From assembly GCA_964575955.1 (NCBI GenBank), contig CAZNTG010000013.1, forward strand, positions 1-42,893: a stretch of 42,893 nt of DNA, read 5' to 3'. Both the position numbers and the translations under genes were made by a program. The notes under the pieces are model-generated. The model was not told the origin of the DNA and did no database searches. It saw only the letters and a list, made by a program, of their open reading frames with translations. This stretch comes from an uncultured Thermoproteaceae archaeon. GTDB lineage: Archaea > Thermoproteota > Thermoprotei > Thermoproteales > Thermocladiaceae. This document shows, one piece after another, positions 16,412 to 26,349 of the stretch. Each line of letters opens with the position of its first letter. Position 1 is the stretch's first letter.

Positions 16412-18793
16412 CTAGAGAGATATATTGAAAACTTCTCTAACAGTGTCCAATATAGTTCTCAAAATTTCAAAATCATCAACATCATACCTATCTAAAAGCT
16501 TCATAATTACTCTACGAGCAACTTCACGTGCCTTATTAATAACTTCAAGACCTGTCATACCAAGCTTATCAATATAGATATCAGGTCTAGATCTAACATA
16601 ATCATAGTCTAGACCTAACATCTCTAATATAACTCTAATTATTGATGGACATCTAAAACTATCTTTATGAAGTATAGCTAATACATATTCAACACACCTA
16701 TCACTACTATATTCACATCCAAATATGTGTAATCCCATGTTAATTTGAGTATTCTTAACTAAGTCTATAGTTCTATGAATATTTTCAATAGTCTTATCAG
16801 GATCATCGTAAACTTCTATATTCAACTTTCTAGCATATTCAACAATTTTAGAATATATAATATCCATTCTAGACTTATCTCCAAGAGATTTAGCTTTAGA
16901 ATACTGATTTAATAGATCTTCTAAATTTTCAAAAACTTCTGGAATTGACATTGGCGGATATACATGATCTATAATTGTTGCATATCCGCGTCTCTTAGCT
17001 ATAACACCTTCCATAGGATTAGTAACAACATAGACATATAGATGTGGCATATCGTCAATACTAATCTCAGGCCAACAATACCAACTTAATCCAACACCTT
17101 TTCCAGGTCTAAATTCTAGATATCCGTGAGTTCCAAAATGTATAACTAAGTCAGCTTTAAACTTCCTACTTATCCATCTATAAACTGCAAGCCATTGATG
17201 TGGTGGTGGTATTGTAGGGTCATGCAATATCTTACATACCCTACCATCACATCTAGGTCCTGCACATCCAAACTTGGGTTGTAGCATAACTACAACATTG
17301 CCAAATTTTAAACCTGGAATAACAAACTTGCCATTGTATAACATTCCCACAAATACATTCTTCAAAGAACCACTCTTCAACTCTTCAATACTTCCCCAAG
17401 TCTCTATCATCCTCTTCTTAACACTTTCAGGAAGTTCTTCAAACCATGAAGAATATTCTTCAATATCTACAAAATCTAAAACACCACCACGAGATACAAT
17501 ATCTTCAACACTAGTCCACCTAAACTCACTTATAGCTCTCCTCTCTAGAAACAGCTTTGCAAGCTCCTTACCATCTCTAGGAATATTCTCAACGTTATAT
17601 CCTAAATCTTTCAATCTCTTCAAGACTCTCACAACACTCTCTAAAACATCAAGACCAAGACCAATAGCAATATTTGCTTCAAGACCCTTACATGGAGCAT
17701 TATGTAGAACTATGGCAATCTTCCTCTCACTAGGAGACTTTCTCCTAAGAGTAATCCACCTCTTAACTCTCTTAGCAATATATCTAACATGCTCATCAAC
17801 AGACTTAACTCCCAAAATAAGACCACTATCAGTCCTGCAAGTACCTGAGACAACTATAGGTTCAATAAGACCATCAACTTCAGGCATTATAACTTGATAT
17901 ACTTGTGTAAGATAGTCAAGACCTTGTTCAGAATTCAACCACTCTTCAACAGATCTATACCACATCAATATTGGTCTCATAACGGGGACGTCCAAAATCT
18001 TCAAAATCTCAAACTCATCACTAACCACATTAAATCTATCAGATACTAGAGGTCTATTAGCAAAGAAGAAGCTAGTATAATCAATTAGAAAATCTATAAT
18101 AACTTTACCATCTTTAATAAAAAATTCTCTACAAGAATCTGCCTTAGATGGAGCACCTGTAATGGGATCTCTATGACCATATGTAAATACAGGAATTACA
18201 CCAAGATCCTCATCTTCAAGTGCAAATATAAGCTTATCAACAGTCTCTAAATCATTATTAATCCAATAAGATCTATAGAAGAGTAATCCAACTAGAGGCT
18301 TATCAGACTTATAGTATTTAGATAGATAATCTTTAATATTATTGAAAATTCCAAGCTTTGGATGATATATACCATGCCATGGAATCTCTACAGGATCTTC
18401 AACGTTAAGATTAAGACCACCAATCTTTGCTAGATATAGTATTAACCTTCTATAATTTTCAGAACCACCATACATGAAGTATTCTCTACACCTCTTAACA
18501 ACTTCAAAATCAACATTTGAAATATTGATAGTCATTAAGTCTATAGATATAATACGACATCTATCTTTAATACTTTCAAGAATATCTTCAAGATTTTTAG
18601 GAATTGTATAGCTATATATGAATACTACATCTGCATTTTTAATAAAATTTAAATCTTCTAAACCTCTATCAATATCTCCAATATACATGACTTTAATATT
18701 AACATTATTGAGAGAACTTTCAACTTCTTTAGCAATATCTCTCAAATATGTTACCTGTCTACCTCCATATCCTATAATTATGCTGATATTCAC
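16412..18793 (-). CDS. cobN: Cobaltochelatase CobN / Mg-chelatase H-family protein, N-terminal part only (793 aa)
   Basis: MPEVDGLIEP, PPPHQWLAVYRW, HFGTHGYLEFRPGK, NPMEGVIAKRRG, GLHIFG. Confidence 0.85.
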   Translation of the reverse strand: MNISIIIGYGGRQVTYLRDIAKEVESSLNNVNIKVMYIGDIDRGLEDLNFIKNADVVFIYSYTIPKNLEDILESIKDRCRIISIDLMTINISNVDFEVVKRCREYFMYGGSENYRRLILYLAKIGGLNLNVEDPVEIPWHGIYHPKLGIFNNIKDYLSKYYKSDKPLVGLLFYRSYWINNDLETVDKLIFALEDEDLGVIPVFTYGHRDPITGAPSKADSCREFFIKDGKVIIDFLIDYTSFFFANRPLVSDRFNVVSDEFEILKILDVPVMRPILMWYRSVEEWLNSEQGLDYLTQVYQVIMPEVDGLIEPIVVSGTCRTDSGLILGVKSVDEHVRYIAKRVKRWITLRRKSPSERKIAIVLHNAPCKGLEANIAIGLGLDVLESVVRVLKRLKDLGYNVENIPRDGKELAKLFLERRAISEFRWTSVEDIVSRGGVLDFVDIEEYSSWFEELPESVKKRMIETWGSIEELKSGSLKNVFVGMLYNGKFVIPGLKFGNVVVMLQPKFGCAGPRCDGRVCKILHDPTIPPPHQWLAVYRWISRKFKADLVIHFGTHGYLEFRPGKGVGLSWYCWPEISIDDMPHLYVYVVTNPMEGVIAKRRGYATIIDHVYPPMSIPEVFENLEDLLNQYSKAKSLGDKSRMDIIYSKIVEYARKLNIEVYDDPDKTIENIHRTIDLVKNTQINMGLHIFGCEYSSDRCVEYVLAILHKDSFRCPSIIRVILEMLGLDYDYVRSRPDIYIDKLGMTGLEVINKAREVARRVIMKLLDRYDVDDFEILRTILDTVREVFNISL

Positions 18794-18827
18794 ACTATTA
18801 CCTATGCTAAATATTAAATAAGTAATT

Positions 18828-19613
18828 CTATCTTAAGAGATCAATCTCTCTTCTAAGAGCTTTAACTTTCTCGATATCTATCATACCTCTACTATCTTTA
18901 ACATATGTTCCAACTATGTATCCATGTGCTGACCTATAGTGTTTAACATTGTTTATATTTATTCCTGATCCCACAAGTATGGGAATTTTTGATATCTTAA
19001 CTATATTGTCTAGAAATTCTACTGATGGTGGTTTGCCTGTTCTAGATCCTGTGATTATTATAAAGTCTGCTCTACACCTATCATAGTACTCCTCTACAAG
19101 ATCTTCAATATTTTGTGAATATAGTGATACTGCATGCTTAACTCTGAGATCAGCCAATACTTCAACTCTAGTATTTAGACTTCTCAAAGCTCTCAATACA
19201 CGTCCAGCCTCTGGCTCTATAATACCTTCAGGACATATAATTGGTTCACAATATGCATTACATCTGATAAATTTAGCACCTGTGAGTGAAGCTATGATAG
19301 CTGCCTCAGTACAGGCATTTCTAAGGATATTCACACCAACAGGTATAGACAATGTCTTAGCAACTTCTCTAACAATTATAGAAATAGAAACTAGTGTTTC
19401 AAATGGTGGTACTTTAAGAAATGGTTTATCATTAAAATTCTCTATAATAACACCATCAGCACCACCTTCTTCAGCATTTTTAGAAGATCTTAATGCAAAA
19501 TCTATAATATATTCAAAATTTGAACAATATTCTGGAGATCCTGGAAGTGGTGGTAAATGTATAACACATATTAGTAACTTCCTACCCTTCTCAACAATAT
19601 CTCTAAGATACAT
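18828..19613 (-). CDS. BtpA/SgcQ-family TIM-barrel protein
   Basis: VIHLPPLPGSP, IENFNDKPF, GVNILRN, DLRVKHA, ITGSRTG. Confidence 0.92.
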   Translation of the reverse strand: MYLRDIVEKGRKLLICVIHLPPLPGSPEYCSNFEYIIDFALRSSKNAEEGGADGVIIENFNDKPFLKVPPFETLVSISIIVREVAKTLSIPVGVNILRNACTEAAIIASLTGAKFIRCNAYCEPIICPEGIIEPEAGRVLRALRSLNTRVEVLADLRVKHAVSLYSQNIEDLVEEYYDRCRADFIIITGSRTGKPPSVEFLDNIVKISKIPILVGSGININNVKHYRSAHGYIVGTYVKDSRGMIDIEKVKALRREIDLLR

Positions 19614-19614
19614 A

Positions 19615-20688
19615 CTATAGATGTGCTAATACTAGGAGTAGATAAACTATAACGAAGATGGGAATACCAACCTTCAAAGCATGTTTAGCCCACTCTACAA
19701 ATCTAATCTTCAATCTAGATGCAACAATTATGTTAGGTATATTTCCAGGAATTAAAAATCCTCCAGATATCAATGCTGAAGTTATGAAAAATACAACATC
19801 TTTCAAAGTTAATGCTGGAGACACAAGTGCAGCTACTAGAGTAGCATTGTCAACAATAGCAGACATAATTCCCAACAGATAGAATAGGTCTGAACTTAGT
19901 TTAGAGAAGTATAATTTTACTAGAATTGAGTAGCTTTCTCCAAGAATAACTAGACCCATAATGAACAGGTATATCTTACCTGCACGAATAAAAACATCTT
20001 TCAAACCTTCTTCAACTTCTATATAAGCTTCTTCAAGATACTCAACTTCCCTCCTCTTAACTACAATTCCTGAAAGTATACTAAACAGGATTACTAGAGG
20101 TATGACAATTATTCCAAAAGTATCTACTAGAAAGCCAGGACCTGTATAGTAATGAGCTTCTTTTAACTTAGCTACAAGTATTGTTGATAGTGGTTCACCA
20201 ACAGGTGTTAAAACTGCACCAATTCCAAGAGCATAGCATGAGTAGATACTATACAATATCTTACTTCTCCTATCAATCTTCATAGATTTAACAATCTCTG
20301 AAAGTATTACAGCTGCAACAATTACAGATATGAGACTTGAAGATATTCCAAGTATCAGTGTTATACATGCAAGAACTATGTGCATATGTTTCAACTTTAC
20401 AATCCTCTCGGCAAATCTATCAATTCTACTTCTCAGATAGTATGCCAATATTCCAAATATCAAAACTACCTGTACTATACCAATAGGAAATCCATGAATC
20501 ATTACAGGTTCTTTCAAAGCTTCAATCCATACATCTACATCAAATATCTTCCCAGTTATAGTACCTGCAACTACACCCATTGAGAATAGAAAAATTTCAA
20601 GATTTTCCTCAATAATTCTTACAGTTGCAGGAAGTATTAATATTAATGCAAGAATTATGAATAGTAATATTGATACTATTTGAATCAT
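19615..20688 (-). CDS. DUF1646-family membrane protein (putative transporter)
   Basis: IEENLEIFLF, GAVLTPVGEPLSTI, DNATL, GGFLIPGNIPNI. Confidence 0.85.
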   Translation of the reverse strand: MIQIVSILLFIILALILILPATVRIIEENLEIFLFSMGVVAGTITGKIFDVDVWIEALKEPVMIHGFPIGIVQVVLIFGILAYYLRSRIDRFAERIVKLKHMHIVLACITLILGISSSLISVIVAAVILSEIVKSMKIDRRSKILYSIYSCYALGIGAVLTPVGEPLSTILVAKLKEAHYYTGPGFLVDTFGIIVIPLVILFSILSGIVVKRREVEYLEEAYIEVEEGLKDVFIRAGKIYLFIMGLVILGESYSILVKLYFSKLSSDLFYLLGIMSAIVDNATLVAALVSPALTLKDVVFFITSALISGGFLIPGNIPNIIVASRLKIRFVEWAKHALKVGIPIFVIVYLLLVLAHL

Positions 20689-20744
20689 CTATTCAAACTC
20701 AGGACAGTGCTTACCTATTTTTAAACGTACTCTTCGGAAGATAG

Positions 20745-21170
20745 CTACATCTTGATCATTATTCGTATAGGTACATCAGCTCTAAATTCCACAACTATAC
20801 TAATAACTTCCTCACCTAGATACTTACCTAGATATGACTCAACAGCATCTCTAATCTTTCTAAGAACTGAGAGTTTGTCAGATAATGACTTATATACAGA
20901 CTCTAACATCTCATACTCCTCTATTGGTTTTGGATCAATTATAACTCTAAGACCTGATATGTATATAGTTGTTGAAAGTGTTGCAGATTCTCCAGATATC
21001 TCTTCTACAAGTTTTCTAATACGTTCATACTTACTCTTCCTCTCCTTAACATTTTCAAGCATTGTAGATATCTCACTAAGCCTTCTCTCAATTTCACTAA
21101 TCTTATCATCTAGATACTTGATGAACTCTCCTATACTTCTAAAAACTAGAACATCTAGATCTGCACTCAT
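20745..21170 (-). CDS. Hypothetical coiled-coil protein
   Basis: Two long helices flanking a beta segment; likely start at ATG 21170 (MSADLD...). Confidence 0.7.
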   Translation of the reverse strand: MSADLDVLVFRSIGEFIKYLDDKISEIERRLSEISTMLENVKERKSKYERIRKLVEEISGESATLSTTIYISGLRVIIDPKPIEEYEMLESVYKSLSDKLSVLRKIRDAVESYLGKYLGEEVISIVVEFRADVPIRIMIKM

Positions 21171-21221
21171 TGAGAATATTGTTAAAACTGTATTAATATA
21201 CTGATCGTACAACTTGAGAAG

Positions 21222-22220
21222 ATGCTTGAGAAGTCGATAGTGGAGGAATTGAAAGGTATAGACATGACTCAGGAAGAGATAATGGGACTATACTTAGCAC
21301 TACTACAGATAAGATTTATAGCACTAACATACGACTTCACAGAAAACATAGAAGATGAGCTAGATAGTATAATAATGAAACAAGTATTCTACAGACATTT
21401 TGAAGAAAATGCAGGTAAAATACTTGAAAAAACATATGAAAAACTGATAGAAATATTCACAAAACATCCAGAACTCAAAAAGGCTAATATAAGAAATAGA
21501 TTTATAGAAATATATGAAGAAGAATTTTCAGAAGAGATAAGAAGAATATATCTAAAATTCTTAAAACCATGGCTAATGCCAGATCCATGGAGAAGAATAA
21601 CTAAGAATATTCTTGAAAAAATTTCAAGACGTGAATACACACTTCACGATCAAACATTTATGGGAACAGTATCCATATGGGAGGGAGAACTCATAAATGA
21701 TGTACATACAGTACAAAACCTATCACTATTAGAGAAGTATCTTCTAATAAGTAACCTATGCACATTTGGATATAACGTATATCTAGTATTTCCATTCTAC
21801 ATACAGGAATCAAATATAAAGAAGATACTAGACATACCTCAACTAGAACTTGCATTAGAAAATTTGAGAAGTAGTTCAGAATTAATCGAAGGTATAAGAT
21901 CTGTAGTAAGTAAATTATTCACAAACATAGAAGTAGTACAACATGATAAAGGTATCTTAAGAATACTACATACAGTACATAATGGTAAGATATCAATATC
22001 AATAGCAGACTTAAAATATTTTAAAGACATTGATGAAATATTTAGAAAGATACCGAACTACGACATAGCAATATTAGTAGCAGAGAATCGTGATGATGTG
22101 AAGAAGATGGAGAATATGTATAGATATGGTAGATATAACACATTTACAATAGATATGAGTACAAGTCTAGAGTCAGGAACGTTAGAATTATTGCAAATAT
22201 TATCAAAATTTTTAAAATAG
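21222..22220 (+). CDS. Hypothetical protein
   Basis: 332-aa ORF, no motif recognised. Confidence 0.75.
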   Translation: MLEKSIVEELKGIDMTQEEIMGLYLALLQIRFIALTYDFTENIEDELDSIIMKQVFYRHFEENAGKILEKTYEKLIEIFTKHPELKKANIRNRFIEIYEEEFSEEIRRIYLKFLKPWLMPDPWRRITKNILEKISRREYTLHDQTFMGTVSIWEGELINDVHTVQNLSLLEKYLLISNLCTFGYNVYLVFPFYIQESNIKKILDIPQLELALENLRSSSELIEGIRSVVSKLFTNIEVVQHDKGILRILHTVHNGKISISIADLKYFKDIDEIFRKIPNYDIAILVAENRDDVKKMENMYRYGRYNTFTIDMSTSLESGTLELLQILSKFLK

Positions 22221-22241
22221 TATACTGAAAAGTATTATTGA

Positions 22242-22290
22242 GTGATGACTTAGGAGCCCCCTGAAAAACATGATGACGCTACGGAGCTGA
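22242..22290 (+). ncRNA. Box C/D guide sRNA
   Basis: GTGATGA-cttaggagcccc-CTGA-aaaac-ATGATGA-cgctacggag-CTGA. Confidence 0.92.
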
Positions 22291-22319
22291 TTATTAAAAA
22301 TTGTACTACAATGTATAGA

Positions 22320-22368
22320 GTGATGAACGTCATGCTTGACCGAAAGGTGAGGATGAACGGGTCTCTGA
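22320..22368 (+). ncRNA. Box C/D guide sRNA
   Basis: GTGATGA-acgtcatgcttga-CCGA-aag-GTGAGGA-tgaacgggtct-CTGA. Confidence 0.85.
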
Positions 22369-22415
22369 AAAGTAAAATTTATAAAGAGGTTCGAGAAACG
22401 TGACGTAGACAGATA

Positions 22416-22524
<109 letters not shown>

Positions 22525-22538
22525 ATCCTTATTACTTC

Positions 22539-23492
22539 CTAATACGGTTCTATGTAGAATTTCTGTAGGTCGTATGCTATGTATGTATTTTTGAAATATC
22601 TTCTAGCTTCTTCAAGTAGTTTATCTTCTAGACCTTCATATCTAGCACTTATATGTGTAAGTATGAGCATCTTCACGTTAGCTCTAGCCGCTATATTTGC
22701 AGCATCTATAGTTCTAGAATGACCTTGACTCCACACATCTTCAGGTTTTTCATCTCCACTAAATGTTGCTTCATGTATTAGTACATCAGCATCTTTTGAA
22801 ATTTCTACAACATTTTCACATGGTGCAGTATCTCCTGTATATACTATGGTTAGTGGTTGTCTTCTTCTCAACTCTACAACATCTTCAGGTCTTATAATTC
22901 TACCATCTTCAAGAGTCACAACATGACCTGTATGTAGTAATTTCCAATATCTCGTAGGTATGTTTAACTTCTTCGCAACTTCAGGTTTAAACTTACCTAG
23001 AGGTATATACCATCTCAATCTATATGCAAAATTTGTTGTAGAGTGCATAGTCTTGATACATGATATCTCTAGATCATCTTCTGCAAGAATGATCTTAGGA
23101 TTAGTATCATTAAAATCTTCAATTTCAAATATCTCAACCTTGAATGGTAGTGTATTTAGAAATTTTATACAGCTCTCTAACATATCGAGAAGACCTACAG
23201 GTCCAAAAATTTTGAGATTCTTAACCCTACCTAGAAGAGCCATACTTGATATAAGTCCTGGAAGTCCAAATACATGATCTCCATGTAGATGTGTGATAAG
23301 TACAATATCAATCCTACATACAGAAACTCCAACCTGTAATAATCTATATTGCGTACCTTCACCACAGTCAAGTAATATGTACCTTCTACCATCATAAACT
23401 AGTACTGATGGTAAACCTCTACTTCTAGTAGGTGTTCCTGCTGAAGTTCCTAAGAATTGAATAATAAGCCACTTCACACCTATATCAGGCAA
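22539..23492 (-). CDS. rnz: Ribonuclease Z
   Basis: FLGTSAGTP, DCGEGTQ, THLHGDH, YTGDT, HEATF, THISARY. Confidence 0.96.
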   Translation of the reverse strand: MPDIGVKWLIIQFLGTSAGTPTRSRGLPSVLVYDGRRYILLDCGEGTQYRLLQVGVSVCRIDIVLITHLHGDHVFGLPGLISSMALLGRVKNLKIFGPVGLLDMLESCIKFLNTLPFKVEIFEIEDFNDTNPKIILAEDDLEISCIKTMHSTTNFAYRLRWYIPLGKFKPEVAKKLNIPTRYWKLLHTGHVVTLEDGRIIRPEDVVELRRRQPLTIVYTGDTAPCENVVEISKDADVLIHEATFSGDEKPEDVWSQGHSRTIDAANIAARANVKMLILTHISARYEGLEDKLLEEARRYFKNTYIAYDLQKFYIEPY

Positions 23493-23539
23493 GTCTAGAG
23501 AACAAATCTTTAAAGTCTATATACAACTAGACTACGACT

Positions 23540-23728
23540 ATGGTTAAAGGAACAACATCATTTGGAAAGATGAGTAGTGGAAAGACACATATAAGATGTC
23601 CAAGATGTGGAAGACATGCATATCATGTAAGAAAGAAGTACTGTGCAGCATGTGGATGGGGTAGAAGTAGGAGAATTAGAAGATACTCATGGCAAAATAA
23701 GAAGGTTAACAAAGTTAGAGTGAGATAG
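23540..23728 (+). CDS. rpl37e: 50S ribosomal protein L37e (eL37)
   Basis: [25 protein letters not shown]. Confidence 0.97.
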   Translation: MVKGTTSFGKMSSGKTHIRCPRCGRHAYHVRKKYCAACGWGRSRRIRRYSWQNKKVNKVRVR

Positions 23729-23729
23729 A

Positions 23730-24470
23730 ATGAGAAAAGACATAAAAACAATAATAATATTAACGGCAATAGGAATAGCAATATCCTGCATAATAATAGC
23801 AGCAACAGCATCAATAATAAACTCATCAAAACCAATCATAACTAAATGGAAAGTTGGAATTAGAGTACCTGTAGTAGAATATTATAAAGATATTGAGAAG
23901 ATATTAGAAAACACAAAATATAAATGTATAGTAAATACAGGAATCAAAAATAGACTATTCATAGTAATCCCAATATCTATAAACTACATTAAAAATAATA
24001 GATCTAGCGTAATAATTAGAGCAATAAATATGAGTATGAGTAAGGTCTCTAAGATAATTCTAATACCATTCTCAATAACTATGAATATGACAAAACCATC
24101 AAAAGAGAAGATAAATAGTACAATACTAAGTATAAAACTAGTACAATACTGTGAAAAATTTGGTATAGAAAAATTTATGAAATTAATAAATGAGAGTTAC
24201 AGTAATGTAACCAGAGTTTTAGATAGTTTAAAGATAAATGTAACAGATAGAGAAATTCGAAAGATCTTCTACAACTCTATTCAATATGCTAGATCATCAG
24301 CAATTAATGGATTATTACAAAAAATGGAGTACTACCTACTCATAACTGAGACTGAGCCATACTTCACAGTTTGCAATAGTGGAGATCATGTATGTGTTGC
24401 AACTGGAATATACAGGCTAGGTATTGTTATTGAAAATGTTAAGACTCAGATACCTTATGGAATTACATAG
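23730..24470 (+). CDS. Hypothetical membrane-anchored/secreted protein
   Basis: N-terminal hydrophobic helix followed by an Asn-rich soluble domain. Confidence 0.7.
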   Translation: MRKDIKTIIILTAIGIAISCIIIAATASIINSSKPIITKWKVGIRVPVVEYYKDIEKILENTKYKCIVNTGIKNRLFIVIPISINYIKNNRSSVIIRAINMSMSKVSKIILIPFSITMNMTKPSKEKINSTILSIKLVQYCEKFGIEKFMKLINESYSNVTRVLDSLKINVTDREIRKIFYNSIQYARSSAINGLLQKMEYYLLITETEPYFTVCNSGDHVCVATGIYRLGIVIENVKTQIPYGIT

Positions 24471-25035
24471 AACCTATACTTGAGTGTATTATAGTTATTG
24501 CTTGTGAAATAATTAGATATTCCATATATGCAGCGACTATCAGTAGTATGGCACTAATACAATATTTCAATAATGTTGATAAAATATCTCTACGATCTAT
24601 AACACAGTGTTTAAATATTTTTATTGTAAATGTTAAACTAGCTTCTAGAGCTATTGCATATGCCAATATCTCAATTATAGCATATGGATATAGTATGGTT
24701 ACTAGTAGTGCAAATATTAGAGTTACAAGTCCTTGAGGTCCTGTACCATACTTAGACTCTACATATACTCCCAATATCTGTCCTGTGTTCATCATTATTA
24801 TAAATGCGTATAGAGGACCTATGATAGGCATAAACATTCTTGTAGCTTGTGCAATATTATTTCTAAATATTCCTATAGGCCCTTCTTCAATAACTTTCTC
24901 AATATATTGAGTAGTTTTATGTATTAATTTTATAGGTGTCTTCTCTGTGTATGTGAATGCTATATATGCTGACAATGCGTATATTAATATGAGTACGAGA
25001 TAGCAGACTAGGATTTTCAATATCGTTATTGTCAA
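24463..25035 (-). CDS. SpoIIM/DUF95-like membrane protein
   Basis: IFRNN, NTG, PYAIIEILAY, LLIVAAYME pattern. Confidence 0.75.
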   Translation of the reverse strand: MTITILKILVCYLVLILIYALSAYIAFTYTEKTPIKLIHKTTQYIEKVIEEGPIGIFRNNIAQATRMFMPIIGPLYAFIIMMNTGQILGVYVESKYGTGPQGLVTLIFALLVTILYPYAIIEILAYAIALEASLTFTIKIFKHCVIDRRDILSTLLKYCISAILLIVAAYMEYLIISQAITIIHSSIGSM

Positions 25036-25061
25036 TCTCTTTCTATCTTTACCAACTTTCG

Positions 25062-25268
25062 TTAATACTCACCTATCTCTCTACTAGTGTTCTTAGGTGT
25101 AATTAAAGTCACTCTCACTTCACAAGTATTTAAAGATCTTTCAATTGTAACTACAAGCCTTTTACAGTATCTTAGAGCTTTTAATCTCTCAATAAGCATG
25201 TCTAGAAATTCTTCAAAATTTGAATTTCCATCATTATTAAATATTAAGATCTCATAGACTTTTCTCAT
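25062..25268 (-). CDS. Small hypothetical protein
   Basis: 68-aa ORF co-oriented with its neighbours. Confidence 0.55.
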   Translation of the reverse strand: MRKVYEILIFNNDGNSNFEEFLDMLIERLKALRYCKRLVVTIERSLNTCEVRVTLITPKNTSREIGEY

Positions 25269-25319
25269 ATATTATCAATACCTAAAGATGTTATTAATCC
25301 CATATATCTACAAATTACG

Positions 25320-26309
25320 CTAGTGGCACTTGACTATAACTTTCAGTCCTCTCCTCTCATCAGCTATTTTAAATCCTTCCTCAATATTTTCAAGATCTAC
25401 AATATGTGTTATTGAAGATTTTAGATTTAATTTTCCTCTTCTCAACATATCTATAACATGTTCCCAATCATCCCACATTCCACATCTAGATCCTATTACT
25501 GTGATCTCATTAACTACAAGCTTTGTATAGTCTATACATGAGTATTCTCCATGTGTTGATTTTGCAATAATTATACCTCCAGGTCTAACAATTTTCAATG
25601 CATATTCAATACCTGTTGAAGATCCTGATGCTTCAAAAACTATGTCAGGTCTATCTTCAACATCTTTAAAAACATTCTCAACATCCTGTAGTGTTACTAT
25701 TTTAAAATTTTTGAAATATCTAACTCTTTCACCACCTTTAACAACGACCTGTACGGAATATCCACAAGCTTCAAATATGTTAGCTGCAAGATATGCTAAT
25801 GGTCCCTGTCCAATTATTACACATCTCCTACCAACATTTCTAGGGATTGAGTTTACTGCATGTAGAACTGCTGCTGCAGGTTCTATAAGTACTGCATCTA
25901 GATCATCTAAATCATCTACAAAGTGTATATTTCTATAAGGAACAGCTACATATTCTGCAAATCCACCATCAATATCTATACCTATAGCTTTTCTATATAT
26001 ACAATGTGTGTAGAGTCCTCTAATACAAAATCTACATCTACCACATACAACATTAATCTCAGATACAACCTTCCTACCAATAATATCTCTAGGAACTTCA
26101 GATCCAACATCAACTACCACTCCAACAAACTCATGACCAGGAATTATCGGTATTTTTCTAGGAACATACTTCCACCTATACATTGCAATATCAGTACCGC
26201 ATATTCCAGCATACCTAACCTGAATAAGTACCCATCCAGGAGGTATTCTAGGAATATCAACTCTACAAACCTTAACCTCTCTAGGACCCTGTAAGAGACA
26301 GGCAAGCAC
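25320..26309 (-). CDS. Zn-dependent medium-chain alcohol dehydrogenase (threonine dehydrogenase-like)
   Basis: GICGTD, PGHEFVG, CGRCRFC...C, GGFAEY. Confidence 0.92.
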   Translation of the reverse strand: MLACLLQGPREVKVCRVDIPRIPPGWVLIQVRYAGICGTDIAMYRWKYVPRKIPIIPGHEFVGVVVDVGSEVPRDIIGRKVVSEINVVCGRCRFCIRGLYTHCIYRKAIGIDIDGGFAEYVAVPYRNIHFVDDLDDLDAVLIEPAAAVLHAVNSIPRNVGRRCVIIGQGPLAYLAANIFEACGYSVQVVVKGGERVRYFKNFKIVTLQDVENVFKDVEDRPDIVFEASGSSTGIEYALKIVRPGGIIIAKSTHGEYSCIDYTKLVVNEITVIGSRCGMWDDWEHVIDMLRRGKLNLKSSITHIVDLENIEEGFKIADERRGLKVIVKCH

Positions 26310-26349
26310 TGAAATTAATTAATACTAATAGACTTGTAAAAGTAGTACT

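Noticed and set aside
22249-22286. Guides of the 22242 sRNA partly match tRNA-Arg(CCT) (CTCCTAAG; CCGTAGC)
   Set aside because: Only 7-8 contiguous pairs, with a mismatch next to the predicted D'-guide site; target not assignable without the rRNA sequences.
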